From positions 2,418,001-2,482,000 of the forward strand of contig NW_025963857.1 in the NCBI RefSeq assembly GCF_023055435.1: a stretch of 64,000 nt of DNA. Direction: 5' to 3'. Below are positions 1-13,063 of this stretch, one piece after another (position 1 is the stretch's first letter; each line of letters begins with the position of its first letter). Made by a program: the position numbers and the translations under genes. Below the pieces are notes generated by a model. That model was not told the DNA's origin. It ran no database searches and was given only the letters and a program-made list of their open reading frames with translations. The DNA comes from Haliotis rufescens. Lineage: Eukaryota.

Positions 1-2
1 TT

Positions 3-220
3 GTCCTTTTTAATAAATCCAATGAAATCATTGAATTTTCTGTCCCTTTTGACAGTTATATGATTGACAAGATTGATGAAAAGCATGGCAAATATGCAGA
101 CCTCGCTTTCGAAATGTCACTCTTGCATCACAAGTACCAAGTTGTCTAACTTCCCATTGTTCTCGGTGCCTTAGGTTTGGTACCTCCCAATCTGTTGACT
201 GGCATTTGGAGAGTATTATT
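3..220 (+). mobile_element. Fragment of the restriction-like endonuclease C-terminus of an R2-group (R4/Dong-like) non-LTR retrotransposon, inactivated
   Basis: Frame 3 reads VLFNKSNEIIEFSVPFD..DEKHGKYADLAFEM..VV*LPIVLGALGLVP, matching the IIDxxVPxD...EKxxKYxDL...PIVIGALG signature. It has one in-frame stop and runs off the window start. Confidence 0.7.
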
Positions 221-1599
221 AAGAGAGAGATTATTTAATACTAGCAATGTCACAGATAAACGCCTTTCTAGTTATGCTGACGACAGAGAACGAATCTAAT
301 ATATTAACTATTTCTCTTTATATTAAGCATGCATTGGCCAAAAGAAATGATTTAATCAAACAACGTGTATGTCCCAATGTATAACATATATAATTGTATC
401 TACATGCGTAACTCTCTCTTGTATATGGGCCGGAGGGCTTTTGTACAATAAACTACTTTTAATTTGATTTGATTTGAGTACCCGGGTTTGTTACCAGGAA
501 TACAGCCCTTCTCACAATCTGGGTAATGCAGAAGGTTGCAGTGTTGGGGAGTCATGGGTGGGTTTGACTAGGCAGCGCTTCCTGGGAGAAGTCTGGGCTG
601 CGTGTAGAGGGGGCAAGGGCCCTGAACTGATGATGAGCCTAACCAGCCTGACTGTGCCAGGATCACCCAAACCCTCTTTGCTGCATTTTCTATTTTTATA
701 TGTAAATAATAATTACTGACTATTGTTAGTTCAGTCTTTGGTATTATATATTTAGACCCTTTTGACGTTTTGTGGCTGAATAATTCTGACAGTTTTACAA
801 ATCAAATCGACTTGTTACAAGATGTTAACTGCTAATTACATGACGATAACCTGGACAAATGTAGTATTTGTCTTGCGTCTTATTAATGCAGCCGACAGAA
901 GGCGCGACTGACAAGGTTCGAATCCCACAACGCCCTATTCTCGGCGGACGCCAAAACAGAGACACATGGGCTGCGATTTATTCCCGCAATAGTATTCCAA
1001 TCTACAAAAATAGCAAACTGTACGAAATCTGCTAGATTGTCCGGCCCCCCTCAAAGTCTATGAACAGAAAGGAAATTATTTGGTAGTATTTCCCGTCCCG
1101 CGTTGCCCCAATACCGAACACCACAGGGACCCGACAGATATCGGTTCCTGGGAAAACAGCTATTGGTCTTGCTAGAAAATTAATTAAATCTCAAAGGAAT
1201 TTGGGCCTGGAGACAAAGCGATTAATAACATTGTGTTGGAAGGTGTATGGCTCGCCCAACTGACCAATATTACTCCACAGTGCTCAGGAACGACTTGGGT
1301 ATATTTGCTATGGGAAAACAGCCTCAAACAATACATGTCCTTCGTGATTTTCAAGGTCAACCTTTAATAGTATCATTTTACATATGAGTTATATATATAT
1401 GAGCATACATAGCTATAGATTGATATCAAAATTATCGATGCAGTTTATATTCTATATTTGTCTTCAAATTAATAAGCCCTTTTTTTTATTGGTTTGTTCG
1501 CCAAAGAGCAATGGAAAAACCGAGCAATTGTTCTATATTTCTTAAAGTTTGTAGGTTTATGCCTCAGTTAATTAAATGAAACGCATATATATACTAGTA

Positions 1600-3068
1600 C
1601 ACTCTTCAAAAAAGGAAACGGACAGGTAGTATGTAGTTCATTAAACCTAACTGCCCCAAAAATCAGGTATATTAATTGGATATATGTTATTGGAAAATGT
1701 CGTTGGCCTGATATTCGACAAACGGTACGTGAAAACGCAGCCATTGTCGATTGTCTTAAACGGCATTATTTCCACACTTGTCCAAAAATGTCATGGAGGA
1801 AAACAGTAAAGCAAAATAAACGTGCAAGTTATAATTATGGCATTCGTAACTCGTGGTAGTGGCAAAAACAAGGCAAGCATAAGCCAATAATTTGTCATTC
1901 AATTGTCAACAAGTTCGAAAATGCTGAGACTCAGAGCTGCCGATCGGAACATCGCCATAGGAGGTATTCAAAGAGGGAAATAGCAATCTTCTGTTGCACG
2001 CCACTTCAACGTCCACCACAGCACCATTTGCCGCCTTTGGGACCGATACACACAGTTCAATTCCAATGCAGACGGTCCGAAAACAGGTCGACCAAGAGTT
2101 ACCACCCCTGCACAGGATCGCTACATTCGACTGTTCCACCTACTCGATCGCAATGTCACAGCGACGGAGACTGCAGGACGCATCCCTGGTTTGAGGAGGA
2201 TATCGGACCAGACTGTCAGGAACCATCTTCGCGAGGCTGGAATCCGACCCAGAAGACCAGTTATCGTCCCTGGTTTGCAACTGATCCATCGACAGCGACG
2301 TTTGCGTTGGTGCAATCCCTTACAGCCTTGGTATTTGAGAAACTGGAGACGGGTGTGGTTTAGCGATGAATTACGATTTCTTCTTCACCGGCGAGATAGA
2401 AGACAGCGTGTTTATCGTCGTCGAAATGAGCATTTTGTTGCATACATTGTACATGAATTCGGTGGCGTTAGTGTTATTGGTTGTGGTTCAGGGAAATTTG
2501 ACAGCAAATCGCTACATGAATCAAATTCTTCAACCTCACCTTCTTCCAATCATTGACCGCCATAGGGAGCTGTTTCAACAGGACAACGCTCCACTGCACA
2601 CAGTTCGTGTCACGGTATATTACCTTCATAATGTCAACATCAACGACTTGCCCTGGCCGTCGAGATTTCCAGATCTCAACCAAATCGAACACCTCTGGGA
2701 TAAACTCGATCGACGTGTACTTCAACGTCAGAACACGCCGCAGACAATCTCACAACTGGCCAACGCGTTACAAGCAGAATGGCAGAATTCCGCAGGACAG
2801 AATTCGTACACTTATCCAGTCAGTGCCGAGGAGATGCAGAGCCGTGATTGCTGCCCTGGGCGGTCACACGTGATACTGAGTTCAGCGCGGCCTTCTGGCC
2901 TTGTGTGACAATGAACAGTATTCAATACCTTTGTACAACGATAACATGTGACTATCGAGCTCCAAAATTTCATATTTGTATCTATGATATTGAAATTAAA
3001 TATATCGAATTTATTAGGTAAAATAAATTAACTAAAAATCTACCTGTGCGTTACATTTTTGGAGAGTG
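1600..3068 (+). mobile_element. Full-length Tc1/mariner DNA transposon (defective)
   Basis: Left TIR CACTCTTCAAAAAAGGAAACGGACAGGTAG (1600-1629) and right TIR CTACCTGTGCGTTACATTTTTGGAGAGTG (3040-3068). TA flanks both ends (1598-1599, 3069-3070). A transposase remnant lies inside. Confidence 0.92.
1921..2878 (+). pseudogene. Tc1-type DD34E-family transposase pseudogene with stops and frameshifts
   Basis: Pieces across frames: MLRLRAADRNIAIG, ISDQTVRNHLREAGIRPRRP, WRRVWFSDELRF, FQQDNAPLH, LPWPSRFPDLNQIEHLW, IRTLIQSVPRRCRAVIAALGGHT. Confidence 0.9.
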
Positions 3069-3169
3069 TATATTGAGTATATTATTAAAAGAAAACTCGC
3101 AGGAACAAACGGCGGGGAAGCAAACAAACAGGTATAAGGGTAAAGACAACCAAATACACGGACAGGCAG

Positions 3170-5990
3170 ATCGAGCATACCAAACACAAGGACTGCAGAC
3201 GGGCACACCAAACACAAGGACAGCGGGTCGGCACACCAAACACAAGGACAGCAGATGGGCACACCAAACACAAGGACAGCAGATGGGCACACCAAACACA
3301 AAGACTGCAGACGGGCACACCAAACACAAGGACAGCGGGTGGGCACACCACATACAAGGACAGAGGAAGGGCACATCAAACACAAGGACAGCAGATGGGC
3401 ACACCAAACACAAGTACAGCAGATGGGCACACCAAACACAAGGACAGCGGATGGGCACACCAAACACAAGGACAGCGGGCGGGCACTCCACATACAAGGA
3501 CAGAGGAAGGGCACATCAAACAAAAAGACAGCAGATGGGACACCAAACACAAGTACAGCAGATGGGCACATCAAACACAAGGACAGCGGATGGGCACACC
3601 AAACACAAGGACAGCGGGTGGGCACACCACATACAAGGACAGAGGAAGGGCACATCAAACACAAGGACAGCAGATGGGCAAACAAAACACAAGAACAGCA
3701 GATGGGCACACCACATACAAGGACAGAGGTCGGGCACAACACATACATGGACAGAGGGCGGGTGGACACACCCAATATAAGGACAGCGGGCGGGCACAAC
3801 ACATACAATGACAGCGGGTGGACACACCCAATACAAAGACAGCAGACGGGTACACCACATACAAGGACAGCAGACGTGCACACAACATACAAGGACAGAG
3901 GGCGGGCAGACACCAAATACAAGGACAGGAGGCTGAAACACCAAATACAAGGACAGCGGGCGGGCACACCACATATATGGACGGACACTCCAAATACAAG
4001 GCCAGCGGGGCACACCTAATACAATCTCGGGCACACCACATACATGGATCAGAAGGCGGGCGGACACACCAAATACAAGGACAACGAGCTGGAGGGCGGG
4101 CACACCACATACAAGGACAGCGGGCGGGCACACTCAAACACAGGGACAGGGGACAGGCACACCAAACACAAGGACAGGGTACAGGCACACCAAACACAAG
4201 GCCAGCGGGGCACACCAAATACAATATCGGGCACACCACATACATGGATCAGAAGGCGGGCGGGCACACCACATATACGGACAGCGGGCGGGCACACCAC
4301 ATACAAAGACAGCGGACGGACACACCAAACATGAGGATGGCAGACCACATACAAGGACGGGAACACCAAACACAAAGACAGCGGACGGACACACCAAACA
4401 TGAGGATGGCAGACAGGCACACCACATACAAGGACAGGGGACAGGTACACCAAACACAGGGACAGGGGACAGGCAGACCACATACAAGGACAGCGGGCGG
4501 GCACACCAAACACAGGGACAGGGAACAGGCACACCAAACACAGGGACAGGGGACAGGCACACCAAACACAGGGACAGGGGACAGGTACACCAAACACAAG
4601 GACAGGGGGCAGGCACACCAAACACAGGGACAGGGGACAGGCACACCAAACACAGGGACAGGGGACAGGCACACCACATACAAGGACAGGGGGCAGGCAC
4701 ACCACATACAAGGACAGGGGACAGGTACACCAAACACAGGGACAGGGGACAGGCAGACCACATACAAGGACAGCGGGCGGGCACACCAAACACAGGGACA
4801 GGGGACAGGCACACCAAACACAAGGACAGGGGACAGGCACACCACATACAAGGACAGCGGGCGGGCACACCAAACACAGGGACAGGGGACAGGCACACCA
4901 AACACAGGGACAGCGGGCGGGCACACCAAACACAGGGACAGAGGACAGGCACACCAAACACAGGGACAGGGGACAGGCACACCAAACACAGGGACAGGGG
5001 ACAGGTACACCAAACACAAGGACAGGGGGCAGGCACACCAAACACAGGGACAGGGGACAGGCACACCAAACACAAGGACAGGGGACAGGCACACCACATA
5101 CAAGGGCAGCGGGCGGGCACACCACATACAAGGACAGGGGACAGGTACACCAAACACAAGGACAGGGGGCAGGCACACCAAACACAGGGACAGGGGACAG
5201 ACACACCAAACACAGGGACAGGGGACAGGCACACCAAACACAAGGACAGGGGGCAGGCACACCACATACAAGGACAGGGGACAGGTACACCAAACACAGG
5301 GACAGGGGACAGGCACACCAAACACAAGGACAGGGGACAGGTACACCAAACACAAGGACAGGGGACAGGCACACCACATACAAGGACAGCGGGCGGGCAC
5401 ACCAAACACAGGGACAGGGGACAGGCACACCAAACACAGGGACAGGGGACAGGCACACCAAACACAGAGACAGGGGACAGGCACACCACATACAAGGGAC
5501 AGAGGATTGGCGGGCACACCAAACACAGGGACAGGGGACAGGCAGACCACATACAAGGACAGCGGGCGGGCACACCAAACACAGGGGCAGGGGACAGGCA
5601 CACCAAACACAGGGACAGCGGGCGGGCGCACCAAACACAGGGACAGAGGACAGGCACACCAAACACAGGGACGAGGACAGGCACACCAAACACAGGGACA
5701 GGGGACAGGCACACCACATACAAGGACAGCGGGCGGGCACACCAAACACAGGGACAGGGGACAGGCACACCAAACACAAGGACAGGGGACAGGCACACCA
5801 CATACAAGGACAGCGGGCGGGCACACCAAACACAGGGACAGGGGACAGGCACACCAAACACAGGGACAGGTGACAGGCACACCAAACACAGGGACAGGGG
5901 ACAGGCACACCACATACAAGGGACAGAGGGTGGGCGGGCACACGAATAAAATGGACAGAGGGCGGGCGGACAAATGCAGGACAGCCTGAC
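3170..5990. repeat. Minisatellite, ~28-bp unit (GGCACACCAAACACAGGGACAGGGGACA and variants)
   Basis: Direct tandem copies. ORFs in many frames on both strands show 28-residue periodicity. Confidence 0.95.
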
Positions 5991-6659
5991 AAGGTACGGG
6001 TACACCGACAGGCTAAAATAACGACCGACATGTGTGATAGGCTACAGATACACAGACACAGGAAGGCAGTACCTGACGTAGACTGACAGGCTATATAGAT
6101 ACAGACACACAGAGAGACAGCTAATGACATAGGCACAGACACAGTACAGACACGGAGAGACAGATAATGACATACGCACAGACACAGTACAGACACGGAG
6201 AGACATGGTAAACCCGCACATGTCACAGACACAGCCCGACAAAACATGCAACAGAAGCCAGAAACTTAACCAGCATAAATAAATTGTTTCGTTCCATTTT
6301 CCCCAAGGGTAAAACAATGACGGACAAGCTGAGACAGAAGCAGACAGACACCGGGACATAAAATTATAATACCTAAACAATCACCTTGACAAACAGAGAC
6401 GGACACATAACCTTTGAAACACAAATCGGTTGCATATTCTTTAGGGAATGTTCATTAACAATTATTGATACGTTGCTGCACGCTTATGAACCCAGGCAAA
6501 CTCTAACCAGACTGTCAGAAGAGCGGACAGGCCATGCTTTGGTACAGCACACATAAACAGTTGAATATAAAGAAATACACGGACTCACCTCAGGTCAGAC
6601 AGGCTCTACACCGCGCGACTAGTCACACACATCCTACTACTAGTCATACATATGTAGAC

Positions 6660-6816
6660 GGGACAATAGGGTAGCCTGTTGGTTAAAGCGTTCGCTCGTC
6701 ACGTCGAAGACCCATGGGTACAATGAAGCCAATTTCTGGTGTCCTCCGCCGTGATATTGTTGGAATATTGCTAAAAGCGACGTAAAAAGCTCACTCACTC
6801 AATCACACACTGACTG
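6660..6816 (+). mobile_element. SINE family A (tRNA-Asp-like head), internally deleted
   Basis: Head TAGCCTGTTGGTTAAAGCGTTCGCTCGTCACG, shared 3' tail, (CACT)n end, TSD ATATGTAGAC at 6650-6659 and 6817-6826. Confidence 0.85.
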
Positions 6817-6974
6817 ATATGTAGACTCACAACCTGTCCCACAGACACTACACAATGTGTCACATCGACACACACACAACGTGTTATATGTGGACATCAC
6901 ATCACATAAGGACGACAACCGAACATACACCACATAGTGTCACATACAGAAAACTGGTCACACACATATTCCTT

Positions 6975-7492
6975 ACAACTAGGCACAACCGGACACCACA
7001 CAACTAGACACACACAAACACCACTCCACACAACTACATACACATACACCACACAACTAGACACACACAGACACCACTACATACAACTAGACACACAGAC
7101 ACCACACAACTAGACACACAAAGACACCACTACACACAGACAACACACACCTAGACACACGCAGACACCACTACACACAACTAGACACACAGACCCCACT
7201 ATACACAACTAGACACACAGACACCACACAACTAGATACACAAAGACCCCACTACACACAACTAGACACACAGACACCACACAACTAGACACACAAAGAC
7301 ACCACTACACACAGACAACACACACCTAGACACACAAACACCACACAACTAGACACACACAGACACCACACAACTAGACACACACAGACACCATACCACA
7401 CAACTAGACATACAGACACCACACAAATAGACACACACAAACACCACATAACCAGACAACCATGGACATCACACAACTAGACATACACACAT
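6975..7492. repeat. CA-rich low-complexity minisatellite (CACACAACTAGACACACAGACAC-like)
   Basis: Visible tandem degenerate units. Confidence 0.9.
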
Positions 7493-8054
7493 AATTATAT
7501 ATTTCATATTTTTTTAATTGTTTCGCCATAGCACACTAAATAACTGGCATATGTAGCCCCATTGTCTATTGTCTGATTATTTACTTATCATTTATTGAAA
7601 TTTAAAGGTGAGCGCCGTACACACATCGTATTTCTTTTGCAGGAAGATTGGTATGCCCGGATATGAAAGGGGAAATACAAAGTCAAATACCATGTCAAAT
7701 AAATCGCCGTAAGGTCATTCGTTAGAATGAACTTTTTGAATGATAGCCACCTCACGCTAATGCCAGATCTAACCATGAAATACTTTACACTTCGATCAAC
7801 ATGTCTTGAACCTACTACTACTATTTACGTCTGTAAAGTCTGTTGGAAGGTTGGAAAAAAACATTCTGTGACAAATACAAAACTTGGCGACAACACATGA
7901 TCAAGAGCATGGCTGCATGTCTAGTATGGAGTAGTTATGTCCAGATCTTTCACACTGATCGGGATTAGTCATAGCCTTGACTAAAAGCGCGATCGTCGTT
8001 CCAGATGGTTGGGTGTGATGTCACACCAATGGCCAGTTCGACCAAAGAACGACA

Positions 8055-8190
8055 GCTGACTGCGATAAGGTATGGTGCTCACAAACCAAGAAACATAATG
8101 AGGGCGAGTCCAGGATTCGAACACACGAACATTATTTTCTGTCTCGCTTAAGGGACACAACTCTACACAGAGCATTTGGCGCCGGAGACG
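8055..8190 (-). mobile_element. Degenerate SINE family B fragment
   Basis: Reverse complement GAGTTGTGTCCCTT...GTTCGAATCCTGGACTCGCCCTCATTATGTTTCTTGGTTTGTGAGCACCATACC aligns by eye with the intact B copies. Confidence 0.65.
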
Positions 8191-8717
8191 ATTATGCCAC
8201 ATATGCGACCATACCCCGACCTCAATCCCTCGTGAAGGAGATAAGCAATCGATCAGACGGACATGATCATAACAGAAGAACCATGTATCTGCATTTTTGA
8301 TAATCCCAAAGGAGATCAATCATAGCCTGTAAACATGTCAAGTAACAACATTATACCCATGTTGGGATATAAAGGAAATTGTTGTGACACGTAATGCAAT
8401 GGCTGTTTTGAAGGCAATGTCCGTATGGTCAATCCTCCTCTCAGACAAGCTAATATCCATGCATGACCAAACTGACAAGAAGTGATTCTACATCCAGGAA
8501 TGTTTTTTTAGAAAACGTGGTTTTAAGATCGATACAGGGAAGTAGTTATTTTGCACTAGTTGCACATTAATGCAGCCCCCGATTATTTTGCGGGTGGCTG
8601 ACTCGTGTTGATTTGCCTGGTATATTGTGTCGGAAGCAGTGTCTACATTTATATTTATTGATGGTTGTGTTGTTTATCATGAACCCAACCCGACAGGTAG
8701 CGTTCTAGATAAAGTGG

Positions 8718-8868
8718 TCTAGTGGTTAAAGCTTTCGCTCGTCACGCCGAAGACCCGGGTTCGATTCCCGACATGGGTACAATGTGTGAAGCCTATTTCT
8801 GGTGTCCCCCGCCGTGTTATTGCTGGAATATTGCTAAAAGCGGCGTAAAATCAAACTCACTCACTCAC
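8718..8868 (+). mobile_element. SINE family A, slightly 5'-truncated
   Basis: B box GGTTCGATTCC, GTC anticodon-like loop, (CACT)n tail, 14-bp TSD TCTARATAAAGTGG at 8704-8717 and 8869-8882. Confidence 0.9.
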
Positions 8869-10381
8869 TCTAAATAAAGTGGGGTTTTTCGTCACCCCGA
8901 AAACCCGGTTGTGATTTCCTAAACACGTGTAGCCCATGATCATGTTCGAACTAATAGTCGGAATATTAAAACCCTTCACTGACTCCCTCATAATAAAGTC
9001 ATGATATTATTTTCAACGCGTGAAACACACAAGCATAATATTACAGTGAACATTAGATATTGATATATTAGCATTCAGGTCGTTGGTCTATACAAACATT
9101 GATCGCTACTTCACTCTAAATATAAAAAAAATCACCCATTCCTTACTTCCACAATAATTTCCGCTTGGTATAAACCCACATAACAAATGTTCAGAGGAAT
9201 ATATTATCTAAATGTAACAACAGTTAATTGGAAGCTGTTGGCTTGGACAATGAGAAAGGCCTACGCTGTCTCACGGCGAGAGTATATCTTGAGCTGGCAC
9301 TGACAGCCGGGCAGGTTGCGCGAAGACCATCAGCGACTGCCACTGTATCCATGCCTCGGTTTCAGTAGCATCGTGCCCAACCTACAGGCAGCAGTGGTGT
9401 GCCGTATTGATCGGGGAAGGTATGTGCGGCCGCTCCAACTCTCTACTCACAACGCTGGAATACTCACTGCGGCTAGCAGCATTCCTCACCAGCTGATCAC
9501 CAACTGGCAAAGGCATTACTTGTGAGGGGATGTATACGCTATAAGCTATTAGCTGCTTAAAACGTGCAATTGGAGCAGTTGGGGTACCATCAGAACTTAT
9601 TTCTACATGAGGAGTTATAACAAGGAAGACGTCTTTGGTGATCAAAGTGAAGACAACTTGTGAGAGATTTTCTACTGATTAATTTAATGTTTGTTTACAC
9701 TGGCGTGAGGAGATATGCTAGCTGTGAGGAGGCGGCTCATACGGAGAAAACAGACAGTGTCCTGTGCTTGGCCAAGCTGTGAATAGACAACATTGATATA
9801 TATATTTGACATTTGGCAGATAAGCCTTTCGTTGAGCTTAGTTCCAGCAAAGGGACTATTCTATTAGGTTTTACAGCCCAACGTCCAGACAATATAAACG
9901 CCTTCTGTTACCAGCGGGAGCCTGTCATCAAAAGTGTTTATGCCATATGCTTTTGCGATAACCTCTGATCAGGTGTGGTGATTGCGTCAAATTTCAGACT
10001 TAAATATCCACCCGCTGTCTTCCTGTTTGGAATCAGTGTTTACGAACATGACACACTGGAGGTGAGAAGCGTCGAGAGTGTTTTCAAATGCATAACGCTT
10101 GCACAACACGTGGAATTCGAGACGTCTTAAAGGGATTTAAGCAATTAAGGAATATCATTTTCCGTGTATAAAGCAAGGGCGAGTATTATCTAACTGTTCT
10201 CCAGCGGGAGTGCAGGAGAGTAATGCTGCTGGAATCATCCAAACCGGCCCGTCCGCCTAAACCTTCACAGTATGACGGGTGTATAGATTTCAGCGAATAC
10301 CTTGTAATTGGATTTAAAGAAGTGTCTCCGTGATGAATGTGGGTGAGGCGATGTAATTGGATTAACCATCTCTGCTTATAA

Positions 10382-11842
10382 ATGGTAGCTCGAGTGCCCA
10401 GTTGTTGCATGGACGTGACGACTAGAGCAGCAATGGTAAATGAGACAGACACGCACCTGTTCAATGCTGAACACTCAAAACCTGTGTGGAGCTTCTACGT
10501 CATCTGGGGACTCTCCATTCCGATGGTGTCAGTGACGTTCATGACGTTGATGGCCAACGGAACCGTTCTGTTGATGTTCATCTTAACGCGAGTGTTGCGA
10601 AAGTGTAAAAATATATACATTGCTAGCCTTGCTATGGCGGATTTTTTAATCGGGTGCACCATGTCAATCGCGATGCTTCAAGATCTGAATCCAAACTGGG
10701 CCCTTGTGGGCTGCGCTTGTAAACTGAGTCTTACTTTTCGCCATTCCTTATTGTACGTATCCCTACTTAGTATTCTCCTTATCAGCATTGATCGATGGTG
10801 GTCCATCCACTACCCATTCTCCTACCGAGTTCGACAAAGCCGGAGGCTGGCTCTTGGTATTGTCTGCCTGTGCTGGTTCCTCAGCCTGGCGTTACACATT
10901 CCACCCATAGTGCTCTGGGAACTTATAGCAGACATTGAACCAAATTCAACATCTTCAGCGTCATATATTTGTGATGTACCTTACAGGAGAGACTTTGCTT
11001 TTACACTCACTGCCTCGGCTGTTGAATACCTGTTCCCATTAATGGTGTTGTGGGGACTTAACTGTAGCATTTATTTTAAAATCAGCAGGCGGAAAAGTAT
11101 GAAAATCCGACGATCTCTTAGTGCATCAGACACATTCATTCTCACATATCGAAAATCTTCATCTGAATCTGACTGTACTACTAACCCATCTGACGAAAGT
11201 GCAGATCTGTTTCCTAACAGTTTCTCTCGACTTGATATTAGACGCACGTCACTAATCATGAACTCGACCAGGCGTCACAGCCTTGCAAACTACCTGACAC
11301 CTCCCAGAGCATCATCTGCACCCGCTCAGTACTCGAGGATGAGCGTAAAACGACGTGTGTCCTTCGACACCCTGATGGGTCAGACAGCCTACAGACCCAG
11401 TGCCATCAGGAAATCCTCCATGTGTGGAACCGGACTAAGGAGTAGCTCCATCATCAGGAAGCAGAGTGACGACCTTGTGAGGGACCTTCTCGTGAAACAG
11501 GACAAAAAAGCGGCATGTTCCTTGGGCATGTTGGTGCTTGTGTTCACGTTGTGCTGGACCCCCTATATGGTGAGCAGTGTTGTATATGCCAAGTGCGATA
11601 CGTGTCTAGCGTCCTGGGTTCGAACAGTTGCATTTTGGGTGCTCATGGCCAACTCGGCTATCAACCCTTTCTTATACGGACTTCTTAATGCAGAGTTCAG
11701 GAAGGTGCTCAGACAATGGTTTTTCTGCCCTAAAACGAGGAAGTACAGGCTGAAAGAAGCTTTGCTATACTGGAACCTTCAGCAAGGCATGGACTCGGAT
11801 GGTGTTCGCGACAATGGATTCTTTCCAGCGGTGCGAGAATAG
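10382..11842 (+). CDS. Intronless class A GPCR, biogenic-amine-receptor-like (histamine H3/muscarinic-like), orphan
   Basis: 486-aa ORF with 7 hydrophobic segments: TM1 ANGTV, TM2 SLAMADFLIG, TM3 C...SIDRW, TM5 EYLFP, long Ser/Arg-rich ICL3, TM6 DKKAACSLG..FTLCWTPY, TM7 NSAINPFLY, helix 8 NAEFRK, and an N-terminal sequon NET. The true start could be a downstream Met. Confidence 0.95.
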   Translation: MVARVPSCCMDVTTRAAMVNETDTHLFNAEHSKPVWSFYVIWGLSIPMVSVTFMTLMANGTVLLMFILTRVLRKCKNIYIASLAMADFLIGCTMSIAMLQDLNPNWALVGCACKLSLTFRHSLLYVSLLSILLISIDRWWSIHYPFSYRVRQSRRLALGIVCLCWFLSLALHIPPIVLWELIADIEPNSTSSASYICDVPYRRDFAFTLTASAVEYLFPLMVLWGLNCSIYFKISRRKSMKIRRSLSASDTFILTYRKSSSESDCTTNPSDESADLFPNSFSRLDIRRTSLIMNSTRRHSLANYLTPPRASSAPAQYSRMSVKRRVSFDTLMGQTAYRPSAIRKSSMCGTGLRSSSIIRKQSDDLVRDLLVKQDKKAACSLGMLVLVFTLCWTPYMVSSVVYAKCDTCLASWVRTVAFWVLMANSAINPFLYGLLNAEFRKVLRQWFFCPKTRKYRLKEALLYWNLQQGMDSDGVRDNGFFPAVRE

Positions 11843-12835
11843 TGCAACCAAAGACATGGCCTGAATGCTGTGACGTGTATGGAAGGTTGACTATATGTAT
11901 TCCAAAGAGAACAAATTTGTTATTTAATAATGCTTACCTGGTGATAAACTGTGATTAACGATGTCTCAAGTATGTATCACCTTTGTCATGATGTCCCGGA
12001 CTGTGATCCGTAGATCCCACGTGATTCTTGTTCTACACCAATCATCTGTACATGTTGTGAGCTTACAACACTGCCACAGCAAACTCCTTACACGTCATGT
12101 GTGTGTTTTATAGGTGTACAATGGTGACACTCGCAATGTATTTTTACATGGGAACGCTATTCCGGTGATACGGTGATGGCACTGCATATCTCACTGGTAT
12201 ACACTGTGGTCCAGAGACTCTCTATTGTGATAGCTGTTTCACCAGTACTGGTTTGTATGTCTTTCACTATACATGAGTAAATCTCTAATCATGGTATATA
12301 TATTAATGAATACATATATATATATATGAATGAAGCTCATAGTTGTCAAAATTTTGTACGTTTTATTTTTCGAATTGACGTTGTCTATTTGTTATACATT
12401 TGCAGTAATATTACAGTAAGATGTATATTATGCTAATTGTTATTCATATAAAAGAAAGTGCCACTGACTGCCGCTGTTCCGTCGTTATTTATTTCCACAC
12501 TTAACACGTTAATGTGAATTCCACTCTTTTTCACTTTGTTATCGTTAATTCATACAACTCAAGCTATTCGAGTCGGATGTTATCGTTATACACCGAAGCT
12601 GACCCATCTGTCTTAAAAAGCGCTAAATGTAAATAGAACACTGTACACTATCGTTGCTGAATCTGTTTTAAACGAGAGCGTTTAAAGAACAGGTCGTGTT
12701 TGTTGAAGCTGTTATCGTCAAATACGTCATCTCTTCATTTAAAATACCTTGTCTCAGACTATCATTGCAATATGTTGTTAGTCTTTAAAAAAGGTTAAGC
12801 ACCATCTCTGCTTTAATTGCTTATATACAATCACC

Positions 12836-13063
12836 TTGAACATCCGGGTTCTAATTGGTCTTCAGCAACCCATGCTTGTCGTAGTCAACAACAGGGTCGG
12901 GTGGTCAGGCTCGCTGACTTGGTTGATGCATGTCATCGTATCCCAGTTGCTTAGATTCGTGCTAATGATACGTCAATCACGGGATTGTTTGGTTCAGACC
13001 AAGTTATTAACGGACCCCCGTCATATAGCTGGAATAGTGCTCAGTGCGGCGTTAACAAACAAC
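12836..13063 (+). mobile_element. SINE-like family C copy (diverged)
   Basis: GGTCTTCAGCAACCCATGCTTGTCGTA...GGGTGGTCAGGCTCGCTGACTTGGTTGA...ATATAGCTGGAATAGTGCTCAGTGCGGCGTTAAC. Confidence 0.8.

Noticed and set aside
620-665. CTGATGATGAG hammerhead-like start
   Set aside because: No GAAA core follows at a suitable distance. It is possibly the 3' UTR of the R4-like fragment.
3032-6247. Long Cys/Pro/Val-rich and Gly/Thr/His-rich ORFs (up to 732 aa)
   Set aside because: They are open in nearly all frames on both strands because the 28-bp unit lacks stop codons. Periodicity equals the unit length and there is no domain structure.
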